DNA of 64,000 nt from Balanoglossus misakiensis (Eukaryota > Animalia > Hemichordata): the NCBI GenBank assembly GCA_040954595.2, contig CM082582.2, positions 5,316,303 to 5,380,302 of the forward strand, written 5' to 3'. The position numbers were made by a program, and so were the translations under genes. Shown in pieces: positions 1 through 13,600 of this stretch (its first letter is position 1; every line of letters begins with the position of its first letter). The notes below the pieces were generated by a model. That model saw only the letters and a program-made list of their open reading frames with translations, was not told the DNA's origin and did no database searches.

Positions 1-466
1 GCTGCCGATTTTTTGTGTGCGTGATCCAGTACCCATTGACAAGTTGTCAGGAACGTAGCCCCTTTGCAGAAATGACTGCTATTCCACCATTATGTCTTGT
101 AATGATATCCTAACCCATTTATCCAGCGGGGACTAAGGCATTGACTATGAATGATTTAATGTGTTTAATTAATTTGTTTAATTAATAACACAAATTGCCA
201 GTGACACAATTGTGTCCTTCACAAAGAGATGTTGTCAAAGCTTTGGATCCACACTTTAGTTATGTTCACCCTATCGTGTCGCAGTGTCGTTTTATTTAAC
301 AAGACGTAAATTCTCTTCAATTGGATGATTTCCCCCTGGTCTCCGTCATATTTTACCATGATTGTTCAAACACAGTTTTTATCGATTTCATTTCCACGCT
401 GCGGTGATTCTACACGTTCAAAATGTTTTCCCAGACCGCATGCTTATAGCTATATGTCTGTTTATT

Positions 467-1697
467 TTACTTACGGCGGACATCGCCTCTTCTGGTAATG
501 TCAGAGACAGACCAAGCGAATACATTGCCAGTCAAAGTGCCTTCTTTTACCCTGGTTATCTCGTTTCCGGTGAGTTTTGTGGACCATATGTTAAATTCCG
601 ACAGGGCACCAATGAACGCTTGCTTGTCGTCGAAACCCCCTCCAAAGCTATCTTGTTCCTGTCCGAAAATCAAAAAGCCGCCACCGCCTATGGTGGTTCC
701 TGCGTGGATACCAAGGCCGGACTCCGCCAAGAGCCCATTGTCGTAGCATTCCCACGCGCCGCCGTCTGATAACCACGACATGCACACGTGATGCCAGGTG
801 CCATCATTGATGACGATTTCTGTCGCCATCCTTGTATCCTTTACATGGAATGCCATTTTGGTTTCAGAATAACAGATCAGAAATTCGTTTGCAACACTTC
901 TGGTTGCATACGATATCACCGCAACCGTGGAAGCAGTTTGTGTGCCCTTTGACCAGATACAAGTAGTTATGGCATTTAGATCAGGGATATACATGTATTG
1001 TGTGATATTTACCATCGTATGCGGGCTGTCAAACTCAAGAATATCGCAATCTGTAAAAAAATAAATAAAAAAATTCATATAAAACATGAAGAAACGTGTT
1101 TCAATTATGCGTGAATTGTGATCGTTACAAGTGGTGTAATTGGAGTGACGAAAAATCATTAGGACTTTCTTGCCAAATATAGCAATACAACTCTATAGGG
1201 TAGTTCGTAGACTAGCCCACTAGTCGCTAAGTGATTTTTAAATCTCAATACTTTTTGTGTTTTCAGTGTTTGTATTGTCTTTATAAATAATTTCAATACT
1301 TTTTTGCGTGCATGCTTTCCATGAGCGTGTTTTTGGTAGTGAGGTGAGTTTCGAAGTTGGGACTGAGCTTGTGGTTTCGGGTAGCGTCGTTCCCTACACA
1401 TAATGAAGCCCTTAGACTTGGAGCAAGCCTAGGTAGTTCGCGAAAAGACACAGTGAAAAGTCACATAGTTATACCAGGAAACCATTCGTGCGGCCTGGAG
1501 AGGAGAAGGATGGCAAGGTGCATACAAAAGTTGAAACGCATAACTTGCAAAAAACGCTAGTATAGTTTCATACAATTCAACTAGTAGATTTATGCAATAC
1601 AATACGTAAAAAAGTTCGAATCGTGTTACCACATACCTGCTTTAGCGTTGCATACCACGGAGAGCCACAGGAACAAGGTGACCACCGGATGAAACAT
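467..1697 (-). CDS. Short pentraxin (CRP/SAP-like), secreted; coding exons 1697..1637 (signal peptide) and 1050..467
   Basis: Pentraxin signature WHHVCMSWLS (HxCxS/TWxS) and GGFLIFGQEQDSFGGGFD..AFIG.LSEFNIWS. Upstream exon MFHPVVTLFLWLSVVCNAKA ends G|gtatgt and splices in phase 1 to ttttacag|AT TGC GAT. In-frame upstream ATGs at 1736/1742. The stop at 467 overlaps a GTAAGT, so a further 3' exon is possible. Confidence 0.9.
1208..1432 (-). repeat. Dispersed repeat, reverse-complement copy of 24170..24406
   Basis: CGACGCTACCCGAAACCACAAGCTCAGTCCCAA...GCGACTAGTGGGCTAGTCTA at 24232-24406 matches this interval on the opposite strand. Confidence 0.8.
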
Positions 1698-3916
1698 TTT
1701 CCGTGACTTGCTGTCAATGTCCTTCACGAAAGGCATCGACATTCTTTAAGGATAAAGTTTCGAAATCCTAATGCGACACCGTGGAACCATCCGGTGTTAG
1801 TCGCCAGCAAATGTCTTTCTGCGTCACTCAAATCGTCCCTATACTACATCGCCAATCTAAGTAAATAATACTTGGAGGTCTATAATTGCGTTCAGTGTTG
1901 CCTTTAGAGTAATTCTAATTAGCTCCGACAAGCAATTATGAGAATGATAATTGATGTCACACTCGTATTTCGGATGTCGATCTGCATCGCCGCGTATTGG
2001 TCGATTAGTCTATAATTTGACATTAATAACATGTGAATATTTCACGAGGTTAACACAGAACACAACGCGAATATTTAAACATGATTAGAGGGAGTTGCTT
2101 TTTTACCTTTGTGTGACATCAACAATACATACAGTCTCTGGTTATCTGGTTCCGAAGGGGGGGGGGGGGGGCAGTGAACAAGACAGTGGGTTCTTGGTTT
2201 TTGATGTTTGTTTTGTGGCAGGTCCATTTTGATACTTGGATGAGAAATGAGAGTGTCTTTGAAAACGTGCAGCTGCACCATACATTGGTACTTACGCTTG
2301 ACAGGTAAGACACACTAAAACTAATCTTTACGGCCCTGATATACGGGGTTTGCGGACCGAGGTAGTTCGGCGGAAGCGCCCCGACGACCGCAGGAGGGCG
2401 CGAACACCGTACGACCGTAAATGTTTTATGATCATATACTAGTACCTTATGATCAACATAAATATCAGTAAAATGATTATTGTTGACATTTTCGACGAAA
2501 ATAAATCGTGATGTCACGAATCCATTGCCATATCTGCATCGTCATAAGCAAAATGCTAAAGCCAAATCACTGAGCGGCTTGATATCGCTATGACGCCATT
2601 CATCCAGGAGATTGTGTACGCGTCCAGACGACAATTTTTCATGTGCTGAAAAGATGCGCAGAACCAATAAACTGTCCCCAGCGGGCAACCCCCCCCCCTC
2701 ACTGCGCGCCGGGCCGTATCCCCTACCTACGGGCCATAGACTCTGTCAATCATGTAATATCACGTTTTTCCTATGTCACGTGGTACGGTCTCAGCCAATC
2801 AATAATACGGAATACAGCGTGTGGTGCAATAAATTGATACCTGAAATTTCTTTGGAGAGGCTTATTTATTTGTTAAAATATCACGTATTTCGAAATGTAC
2901 AAGCAAGAGTTTTTGGTAATAGACATGAAAGTCTAAGATTTAAATGCACATCTTTGAATAAGTTTTGTCGAAAGGAAGACGCATTTTACACACAGCAAGG
3001 CAGACGAATGAAAAGCTCGGTTGTACCTTGCTGACAGATTCCGCTGATATCGAGATAAAATTTAATGAATCCTCATTTCAGTATTTTGCGCTTTGCCGAC
3101 AAATGTGGTTCTTTCTAACCTGAATATGATTTTCTGAGAAATGAAGTACTCTAGCGAAAGGCAGGCAGCTAACGTTGGGGCCGCCATTCTGCTCGTGAAA
3201 ATGTAAAGGGCAATCTATGAAACGCACAACGATTTGAATACGTTCAGCCGAGAGACATACTATGTTTTGCTACAGAAACGGACAACTTTTCCTTCCACAT
3301 CAATTACGGGAGTGTTGTTATCAATAGCAGTTTTCTTCTATTGTCGACTAAGTTCATGGCTCTGTATTTCAACAACAAGCGCTGTGACCCCCTATATTTT
3401 ATCACGGATTTTCATTATACAAACAGTATCAATAACCATGTCAAGAAACGAAACTTACAGACAAATGAAACATATTCTATATTCAAATACCTTTTATTAA
3501 AGAAACATCAAAATATCAATATATATAAAGTTTTCAACAAACAACTAATTCTGCATTCATTCACCAGGCCAATATTACTCACTGTAACCGCTACTACACA
3601 TATTCCTAATATTGTTAAATAATCTAACATATGGAAACATATATCTATAATGTACACATTTAACTGCTAAAGCTGATATCAGCCTAATCTTAAACATTAC
3701 CTTCATAAACCGACAAACCAATTAATTGAATTTCTTCTCGGTTACGGATGTTACGCCACAGATTGTAATCTCTTAATTCTTTACACGTGTAACTCACATC
3801 AATAAAGTACACGATAATTATTTAATTGAATGCTACGAGTAAATTGGGGAAAATATAATCTTCAAAGACACCATCTTTACAGTAAATGTACAACTCAGTT
3901 ACATTTCCCGGGTTAA

Positions 3917-4032
3917 ATGAATGAATGAATGAATGAATGAATGAATGAATGAATGAATGAATGAATGAATGAATGAATGAATGAATGAATGGATGGATGG
4001 ATGGATTGATCGATGGATGGATGGATGAATGA
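3917..4032. repeat. (TGAA)n/(TGGA)n microsatellite
   Basis: Direct reading. Confidence 0.97.
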
Positions 4033-4407
4033 TCAAAAATTCTTATATTTCGTCTGTATTTAAATATATATTAATACATCCAAAATGTTATTTGTGTTAA
4101 TATGTTAATTCTGTCTACAAACGTAACTGAACGGAGCACTCGCCTTAATTGTGGGATACCAGGCAATGGTAACACTTCTTATATTAAATTGGTGTGAGAC
4201 AGGATATTCATCGAACCATTAGCTGATTTCATATTCCGGCGATATTAACAAAGTATGAATCTGAACACAATCATGTTGTCACCTCAATTATCAAAAATCA
4301 CTGACTACATTTTTTCGTAATAAGACATACCAAACGTACAGCAAATGTGAAGTACCTACATTACTCGTCTTGATCTTTGGCTAGTCTGTCCCGCAGGACG
4401 GATACAA

Positions 4408-5697
4408 TTATGGCGTACCGTTATTCGAACTATCGTATGAAGAGACGAAAGTTGGATTCTCAAAGCATGCGTGAAGCTGATCTGAGGAGCCAGGAGAATG
4501 GTTTCCTGTTTGAGTGGATATGCTTCGTCTTTCTACTTGCCTAGTAGTGTCTGCATCTCCGGTTCCGACCGAGAAAGTTGTCACCGCCTCGTTGATATTT
4601 TCCCTCTGGACAGCTTGGTTTTGGTCGTCTGTGGGTTGATCATTTCGTTTCTTAGCTCTCCCCTGGTCTCCGGCGTTTCTGGTCTTGGCTTGGCGCTTCT
4701 GGGCATTCTCTGCTCCTCCGGTTTGGAACCTGCATTTCAATAAGACGTTGGCAAACGCGTTTCGGAACTTGGTGCTGAACAGGGCGTAGATGCACGGGTT
4801 GACCCAGCTGTTTGCCAGGGCGAGAGGTTCAGCGATCTGCTTCATGATGGTGAGTTCTTTCTGCGTGACTAAACTTGGGACGTTCTTCACGATCAGTCGA
4901 TAAATTCTGACCGGACACCAGCTGATGGCGAACATCACCACCACCACCATGAGCATCTTGATGGCCTTTCGCTTTCTTCGTCGGGAGGCATCGCTTGGCG
5001 AATTTCCAAAAAACAACACTGCAATCATTCTGGTGTACAGAAGAGTTATCACCACTAACGGTACAAAATACAGCAACACGAAGTCGGTGATAGCGATGAC
5101 TCCGATGTTGTGTGAGTCTGAGGGCAAATAGTCACAGGTGAGTTTGGTGACATTCTGTCCGTCGGCTTCAATGGTCTTAGTGATGATACCGCTTATTACA
5201 ATGAAGTTGCTCGAGTAGGCGAACGACACCAGCCAGGTGAACAGGATCATCAGACGGGCCTGGGTGATTGAGATCCGTCGCTTCATCGGGGTGACGACGG
5301 CGCGATACCGATCGACGGCGATGGTGAAGAGCAGAAAAACTGTCGAGTTCATGCACGTCCACGATGTCGTCTTCACTGCGTCGCAGAGTAACTCGGTGAA
5401 GCGAAAGAATCGGCCGATGCCGAACACGCCCTTGTCGAGAAATGGGATGACCAGGACGCCGACCAGCAAGTCTGCTACGGAGAGAGACAAGATGAAATGG
5501 TTCGTGGCCGACCTTCGTAAACTGGACTGGCATAGAATAGCCAAGATGACCAATAGGTTCCCGCCAACAATTAAACTGATGTTGCAGACCATGAAGGAAT
5601 TCCGGATCCATTTTGCGCCAGCGTCTGCTTCTTCTGAATTCAAGTGTACATCAAAGTCGAGAAAAGTGTCGTTTCTCGTCTGATTCTCGACAAACAT
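4408..5697 (-). CDS. Rhodopsin-class (class A) GPCR, neuropeptide-receptor-like, ~429 aa, intronless CDS
   Basis: TM1 GNLLVI, TM2 LSVADLLVG, TM3 C...AVDRY, TM5 YFVPLVVI, TM6 FAISWCP, TM7 NSWVNPCIY, helix 8 FRNAF. First ATG at 5697 (MFVENQTRNDT, two N-glycosylation sequons); the track start at 5853 is a GTG. Ligand family not assignable. Confidence 0.93.
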   Translation of the reverse strand: MFVENQTRNDTFLDFDVHLNSEEADAGAKWIRNSFMVCNISLIVGGNLLVILAILCQSSLRRSATNHFILSLSVADLLVGVLVIPFLDKGVFGIGRFFRFTELLCDAVKTTSWTCMNSTVFLLFTIAVDRYRAVVTPMKRRISITQARLMILFTWLVSFAYSSNFIVISGIITKTIEADGQNVTKLTCDYLPSDSHNIGVIAITDFVLLYFVPLVVITLLYTRMIAVLFFGNSPSDASRRRKRKAIKMLMVVVVMFAISWCPVRIYRLIVKNVPSLVTQKELTIMKQIAEPLALANSWVNPCIYALFSTKFRNAFANVLLKCRFQTGGAENAQKRQAKTRNAGDQGRAKKRNDQPTDDQNQAVQRENINEAVTTFSVGTGDADTTRQVERRSISTQTGNHSPGSSDQLHACFENPTFVSSYDSSNNGTP

Positions 5698-6916
5698 ATT
5701 TGTTGGCGATACGCCAGTAAGTAAACTCAAATCTGTGAATATGAGGCGATCAGCAGACTTCGTCGGAATATATATACGGTATACCGACGCACCCGATTTT
5801 GTAAATACTATGGAAACGTTATCTTTACTGAAAGACCCCCTGACTGAGCACACAAAACTACTAAAAAGAGTAATTGTGAAATGTGAACAACAACCTATAG
5901 TACGGTAGGTTTATATTCAGGGCTCTGCAGGAGAAAGTCGATGTACGCATGCGCGTCACATCAATGCCGCGCATGGGAGAATTGTACTTCAAATTATCGC
6001 AGCACGGAACGAGAAAGAACCTTGAAGAGTAGCAGTATTGAACTTCCGAAGGTCTAAATTAAAAAGGATAGCATGGCGGGTAATTGTGTTAGTCACATCG
6101 ACATGTAATGGAGACCATTTACAGATTTAAACGGCAATAGTGTTGTGAAATAGTCAACAGGCATCTCGACTGAAAACTAGTCAAAAAGTAGGAAAATATG
6201 ATCCTTGAGTGAACTGTCCAACTAAAAAGTTCCTAGCTATGTTTTTAAAGTTCGTCTAAACGTTTAAGGTTTGATTTTGCGATGTTACTCCAAACAGCAC
6301 AACAGTCATCAATTAAAGATTGGATAAAAGCACTGTATATACTTAGTAAAATATAGCTCGTTGTTGTATAAAAGGACGTAGTTCGCGAAGAATACCAACT
6401 CTATAGTTAAGAGCCTCTGTATGGACTTTCTATAGGTATCAATATGGACGTGACAATTCAAAATAGAATCAATCTCAACGCACAAATGAGTGCACGAAAG
6501 GACAATACAGACATGTTTATCGTAAATACTGACATATACATGTACAATGTATAGACGAGTAACAGACAGAAACGCGTATAAAGTATTACATATTAGGATC
6601 ATGAGAATCTTTAAAAGTATACCCGAAATTACTTTGGATGTAGTTATTTATTTGTCAAGATCTCGTGTAGTTCAAAAAGTACAATTGTACAGCGAGTGTT
6701 TTTGCTGACAAAAAACGAGTCTAACCTTTATAAGTTCAGCTTTGAATAAGTTTTGTAAAGAGGCAGATAAATTTTACACACAGCAGGCGGACGAATAAAG
6801 GTAGTTTGTACCATGATGACAGATAATAGGATTTCATGCATTTGCCGCCTATATCGAGACAGACTTTAATGATCCCCATCACGTTCTTTGCGCTTTGCTG
6901 ACAAAAGTGATACTTT

Positions 6917-7157
6917 CTAATAACAGTGAGTTATTATATAGCGCACATATCCACAATAATTATTTCCCTTGGTCAATGAACAAAATTTAATTCCATTCAA
7001 CTCCCTGGGGAGCAAACAACAGCTCACATGGGCAGCCATATGCGCAGCAGAGCTAAACACACACATTGCAATCTCTGTCCTACCAGGTACATGTACCCAA
7101 TACTCCTGGGTGGGGAGAAGCAACGAGAAGTAAAGTGCCTTGCTCAAGGACACAACT
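6917..7157 (-). mobile_element. SINE 3' fragment
   Basis: Minus strand begins GTTGTGTCCTTGAGCAAGGCACTTTAC, a conserved body motif of many aquatic tRNA-derived SINEs, and ends GCGCTATATAA...TTATTA; it interrupts a repeat that is contiguous at ~2950-3300. Confidence 0.6.
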
Positions 7158-7856
7158 CCTCAGCTATATATGACTTTCCTGAGAAATTAAGTACTCTAGC
7201 CAAGGGCATGCAGTTATAATGTTGGGGCCGGCTGCCTTTCTTCTAGTGTAATCTATGGAGCGCAGAGAAATTCTAATACGTTTAGCCGGGGGACACGTGA
7301 TGTTTTGCCGCAGAAACAGAAAAGTTTGAATGCCACATCGAATTTGAGATTTTTTTAATCAATACATACCCCTTGCTCGTATTTGATAGCCCTCATTTAT
7401 ACGTGAGATATATATGTGGGATTTGCAGTCTGACTATATGTTAGCCAGAGGCATGCAAGGAAATTGTAAACACACACAGTACAGCACGCCGAATGATACC
7501 ATTCATATACACAAGGTGTACGCCATTTGTGGATATTTCCATTTCAGTGCGCACCTTTTGGTAACAAAGATACATGTATATGGTAAACACCTTGAATTGA
7601 TCATGTACTGAGGGACATTCAGTTAATTAAATGGGAGACCATCTGCAGCTGCTGATATACGTCTCATGAGACTCAGTTGCTCAGCTAGAAAGTCAACATA
7701 GGCGCAAAATATTACTGTTACTTCTCAAACAATGAGCATTTAGTTTTAACCACATTTTTATTTTTATTATACTAGGCGTAACTTTTATATGTCCTTTACA
7801 TTGGCTTGTTCGATAATCGGATGCAAGGCTGCCAAAACTGCCTACATGTACATATT

Positions 7857-8120
7857 GCCATCCATCCATCCATTCATCCATCCATCCATCCATCCGTTCA
7901 CTCACTCACTCACTCACTCACTCACTCACTCACTCACTCACTCACTCACTCACTCACTCACTCACTCACTCACTCACTCACTCACTCACTCACTCACTCA
8001 CTCACTCACTCACTCACTCACTCACTCACTCACTCACTCACTCACTCACTCACTCACTCACTCACTCACTCATTCGTTCTTTCGTTCACTCGTTCACTCG
8101 TTCATTCATTAATTCATTCA
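7857..8120. repeat. (CCAT)n/(CACT)n/(CATT)n microsatellite
   Basis: Direct reading. Confidence 0.97.
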
Positions 8121-8740
8121 AATGGTAAAATTGAAAGGGAGCCTTCATGACCGATATCGGACAGAGACGTGTATGTAATTTCAGCAGGATCTTGAGATTC
8201 TGAAATTATCTTGAATTTGGAAATAGTTGACAAACATGCGAATGTAGCCTTTAAACGCACGCTTTGAATACACTTGCCCGAGAGACAGACGATTTGTATA
8301 CACGGCAGCCGGATGAAGTAAATGAAAAACGTGCATTAAGCAAATGAAACAGACGGTTGTACCACTCCGATCATGTGACTTTATGCGGTGGATATATCCA
8401 GCTGGAATTGAATGATCCTCGGTACATTGTACATCCATTATGCTTTGCCTACGAAATGTGAGACTTGCTGCCTTTGAATATGTGTTTGCTTAGAAATGAA
8501 GTACTCTAGCCGAAGGCGGGCAATTTTACAGAGATGGGGGAGTTCGTCCCGTTTGTGGCTGCGCAGTCTGCATAGGTCACAGTCGTTTTAAAGTGTCATG
8601 CGCCAAGTGGAGATGTTTAAAAGCTTGTGACTTTGATATCACACTATACGCCATCGAATCGTATACTTGGTGTTGTTTCTAATACGGTCAGACACAACGT
8701 GAATAGTTCAGATGTGCCTTATGATTGCCCTAACAATTAA

Positions 8741-9025
8741 AGGGACAAAACCTCTCTCTCGCTGCTCTTTTTCCATTAATTATGTTTGATACAAGACACC
8801 ATTTATTTTATTCTACATGTGGATATATAGAGAATCAACATTTGAGCACACACAACTTCCATCCCGTTTGTAGGATATGAGAGTAAGTCTCGCCAAGGAT
8901 TGAAGTTGTGTGTGGTTAAACGTTGATTCACTTTACATGTATATCCACATGTAGAATAACATAAACAATGTCTTGTATCAAACATAATTAATGGAAAAGG
9001 GCAGCGAGATAGAGACTTTGTCCCT
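8741..9025. mobile_element. TTAA-flanked MITE with ~100-bp TIRs (Kolobok-like); partial copies ~24425-24617, ~34960-35070, ~41490-41797
   Basis: ttaa|AGGGACAAA...TTTGTCCCT|ttaa; long imperfect inverted arms. AGG...CCT ends with TTAA duplication fit Kolobok rather than piggyBac (CCC ends). Confidence 0.8.
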
Positions 9026-9947
9026 TTAAGGCTAACCTCCACCTCCTTTTTGTTTTTTCAATCAATTTTCACTCATTAAAATGACGTTTTTCACCCCACA
9101 CTTTCTGTTCTTATCCACAAGTATGTGTTACTTTTTGTTCTGTCTGAAAAGTGCAGGCTGTGATTTTTTCACTACTACGAAACACGGTTGCTTATTTGAT
9201 AGTTTTACATGGGCAGTGCTTTCCGTGTGCACAGGAGCGGATGATGTTAAGTCTGTCATTCTGCCAGTGAAATTTACGGTATAATCTATGAACCGCATAA
9301 AGATTCGAATACGTTTAGCCGAGAGACACACAACCACGGTTTTGCCACGGGCGGGCGGATGTAGCAAACGAAAAACTTGGTCTACCACACCGATTACAGG
9401 ATTGTCAAACAATTGATGACCTTCCTGGGGATTTAATGACCCTCATAATACCTCCATTTTGATTTGCCGACCATATATGAGATTCGCTGTCTTGAACATG
9501 ATTTTGCCTAGAAATTGGAGTAGCTGAAGGTAGGCAAGGAAATTGTGAGAAAAAAAAAACATCCTTATACAAAATATGTACGCCATTTGTGATTCATAAT
9601 TCGTACGCTTTTAATAAGAATGGTGGACATGTATGATAATCACCGAACTAAAAAGAGGATGTCGTTTAGTCTGCGGCTGCGCATATGACAGATGAATTTT
9701 ACTCCGGACTTGAATTCAAATTTGGCACAATAGCAATGATTAATGCACACAAACAAACTGTGTAGATATGGTAAATACAGGAAATTTCATAATATTTCAG
9801 GAATTTGAACAGGAACTGAACTTCAGTTACACAATGCTTAAAATCTACAGCTAATGGAGCTTTAACTAATGTTTGCATATATGTGAGCTTTCCTTCTTGA
9901 TATAACATTTTCATAGCGACATGTATGCCATTTTGAACAGTTGTTAA

Positions 9948-10627
9948 AGGGGAAATCCGGCGTGGCTGATTTCTACATAATTTGGTAGCTTTGAGGTCAC
10001 TCTTTCAGAAAAAAACACAATAATTTATTGCGTTTCAAGACCTCAGGTCCAAATGCATGGAGAACATCCAGTTCTCAAATAAAGTGATCCATCGCACAAA
10101 TGTCAATTTGAGTGCTAATTTCAGAATTACAGACAAAGTTAAACAATGTAATACACTCTATGAAGGACAGGTGGCTGTTCTCACAGCCATAGCTTTATAG
10201 ACATAGTGGCAAATGTTCAGCAATACCTGCATGGGCGACAGACTAGGCGTATTTTCATAGCTATTGGTTGTTATTTGCACCAGTTGATAAACAATCATCA
10301 GCAAAGTCGAAAATTTGTCATTTGTTGACAGTTTTCATGAGCTATAACCCATGAAAAATATGCAAATGCGCTTAGCCTGCGACGCAGTGACACCAATCGG
10401 AACATGGTATCACCCACACCAAGGTGGGCGGAAGTTGGTCCTGGCGCTTTTTTTCCTATGATTCAAATTACAGTAAACGCCATATTGGAAATTCTGCCAA
10501 CTTTCCCTCTCTATTTCGTAAAAAATCGCGCGACTTATACATGGCCAATATGTTTTTTTTTTTCTGGAGTGACCTCAAAGCTACCAATTTGAAATTGTGT
10601 AGAAATCAGCTACGCCGGATTTCCCCT
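9948..10627. mobile_element. Kolobok-like MITE inserted just 3' of the stop of methyltransferase copy A
   Basis: ttaa|AGGGGAAATCCGGCGT...ACGCCGGATTTCCCCT|ttaa. The paralogous sites in copy B (~34040) and copy C (~37612, ttgTTAAtctacg) carry a single TTAA (empty site). Confidence 0.9.
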
Positions 10628-10667
10628 TTAATCTACGATGCAGGAGGCCATATGAACTGAAATAAAA

Positions 10668-13600
10668 TCATGATAAGCACTCGGATAGCTTCTGAATTGA
10701 AAAGCCGGACGTCTGATAAAGGTAATCAAGCAGAAACACGGATATCATGTAATTGTCATAGAAGTCCGAGTCCAAACTCAAAATACCACCGGACGAATTG
10801 CGCAAACCGTCATGTATTAGTTTCAGCGCCTTGGGCACCTTCTCGACTTCACGGAATTGGTGGTAATTTTCAAATGTCAGCTCCGGCGATTTGGGATCTG
10901 AAAGAAACGTATTAAGTTATTGTTAGGGAAGTAGATGTACGTGACATGACTGTTGAATTAACAAGGCCCCAGACCGCAATAATTTGTGGCCGTCTTCTTG
11001 ACCCCTTAGTGACCTTACATCCTGGTTTTGTGTTGGTATGACATCATTCATCCTGCATGCAATGTTACATATACAACATCCATCTGTTTATAACAGAGAT
11101 AAATTATTTTTTTTGTTATAGAATGTTCACAAAGTCAATCGTATGGTTGACTGCTCCTAAGTTCAAAACTAAACATGGTAAACTTATACCAACGAAATCC
11201 CAGTTTGTAAAGGTCACGTTGGGGTCATTAAAGGTCATGGACTGTTGGTTTTAAGATAATCACTTGATTGGCTGTTTTTATGTTAAGCTTGTCTGACGTG
11301 AAAAACGTCGCCGCCGTTGAGTATATCCATCTTAAATTTTTTTATATTTACATAGTCAGTCGAAATGAGAGGTTGATAAAGTAATCAAAATGCTGCTGTT
11401 AGGGCTTTAATTACAGGTAAGTAATCGTTCGTTCATTCGGTCAGACAAGCAGATCGAGTGATTGGTTGATTGTTTGATTGATTAATTTTGTTGGTGTCAT
11501 CATTCATTTAACCATTAATGCATTATTTTTACCTTTTGGCGGGAAGGCTGCAGTTGGTTGTATAAGGCGTAACTCCGTTTGAGTAATGACCTTAGAGACT
11601 CTCGCACTCATCCCGGGAGGAAGAATATACCGAGCTTGGAGTCCAATATCTGACAGTCTTCTCTCTGCACTCACGACTGACAATCTTATCGAATTGTCAT
11701 ACTGATTTTCCCAATGACCCGGAGACATGGGCCCATCACATCGAATCCCAATCTCGTATTTTTCACTCCACTCTTTGACAAGACGTGGATATTCTTCCAC
11801 GAAGTCTCCAAACACAAATAGTGTCAGCGGAACGTCGGCCGGGTATGCCCCTATGGTACTGATCAGCTTCCGCGCCCTTTTGGCGTTCATTCCCACATCT
11901 ATGACAACAGACACGGCGGGCTTTCCTCGGTTTCTCCCGCAGCGGTTGATGACTTCTCCTACTTTACCGGGTGTTTTCTTTGGAATCTGAAAACAAAATC
12001 GCAATCAGGGATAATAAGTGTTTACACGTTGTCAGGGCGGTCAGCAAATCGACATAACCGTTCATATCCATGTACTAATATGCCTTATGAAATTCTAAAG
12101 TTTAATACCTTGGGTGCATGAATATTGTCAAAATCGCCATAAGCTTTCCTCTCTGCCGTCCAGCTGATCATTTTAGGCATTTTCTTGGCAACTTCGTCTT
12201 TGATTCTTGATTTTTCTTTTCTTGTTTCGCCAGTTGGGTGCCCCATATGATATTCTCCATAAAACCTTTATGAGACAAAACACAGCTGTATATTATCAAT
12301 TTCAACCCAGCAATCCGTTTTCGGACGCGGCAGCCTGCATTGCTCATTCTCATTGAAAACTGGGCAGGTTTTTACAAAATATCCAGACGATACCCCCCCC
12401 CCAAAAAAAAACCAAAAAAACAACAACAACAACAACAACAAAGAAACAAACAAAGAAACGAACAAAAAACTACAACAAAGAACTGACATAATACACGATC
12501 TCCAGTTTATAGACTGAGCATGTGCAGTCCAAATTGATCTTCCATATACTTAGAGACAAAGAAGCTAACTTTTGACATTGTTAAGGAGATTTTTTAGTCC
12601 TTTGGACCAACGCACTAATGTGATCACTATGTGTGCGCGTATGCCGTAGACAGTATTTATACGAAAACGCTTCAACCACTTTTCCTGAAATATTCTCCAA
12701 TGATGACTGTTACTTGGATTTTTTTTAATTGAAAAACCGAAGCCGGAAATTTGTGGGTTGATTGTCTGAAAAATACCAATAACAGTAAAAGCAAAAGACT
12801 ATAGCATTGAAGCGGATGTAGGTAATTACATATACCAAAAAGAACAAGAAGTAAACTTCACAAGTCGTAAAAACGAGCTTACTTGTCAATCCAGGCATAC
12901 GTGCCATCTTTGAGCATTTTCCGAAGGATGCCAAATTCAGCGCCCTCAACGTCGAGTTTAAAGATCACATAATCGTCCTTGTTGACGTTCATCTGTATCC
13001 AGGTTGACAAGTCCACAATGGGGATGACGTCATGGCGGGAAAGTTTTCTTACTCCACCATCTTCGTCATCCACACCTTCCTTACTGCTCACAAACAAGGA
13101 TCCGCCACCCCACTGCATGTCACGTTTTTTGTTGATTTTGCCAGGGAACCATGGCCCCTCGTTGTACGCTGTCATGTTCCCTGCCATAAAAAAACCAATA
13201 AACTTAGTTTCAATATATTTGTAATTACACTTGGTAATTTTCAAACTATTTTGGAGGGACGGGGTGGGATTTAACACTGATACAGGTATACTTTATCGAG
13301 GCGCAACTTTCAATCCCTAGTTCTCGCATTTGTAGGTGCTCCTCCTAGTCAAACAATTTAGGCTACTTGCAACAGCTTACCACCTGAGCTAATCTACATA
13401 GGGTAAAATTTGAGACACTATTTGCCTATGGTAAACACAGAGCATTAATCCTTTGAGTCGCTTGTATGGAAAGCCATGACTGTCTTCTGATGTGTGAAAA
13501 CTTTATGTAACCCAAATTAAACATTACATGAAGTTGAAATGCAATTATGTGGTGAGATTTTACCAATACCTGGTGAGGTCAAACCGATATATGGAGAGGT

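Noticed and set aside
1051-1159. N-terminal extension of the pentraxin ORF
   Set aside because: Intron polypyrimidine tract; the real N-terminus is the signal-peptide exon at 1697-1637.
5698-5853. N-terminal extension of the GPCR in the ORF track
   Set aside because: Starts at GTG and crosses a probable splice acceptor (~5733); first ATG is 5697.
7789-8150. ORFs with THSL, HT, YIHT, MYVC or HSFI repeats (also ~28911-29312, 36312-36698, 47034-47546, 60133-60541)
   Set aside because: Translations of microsatellites.
10404-10592. Thrice-repeated ORF MVSPTPRWAEVGPGAFFPMIQ (also 35651-35869, 35969-36277)
   Set aside because: Lies in the TIRs of a MITE family; repetition reflects the element, not a gene.
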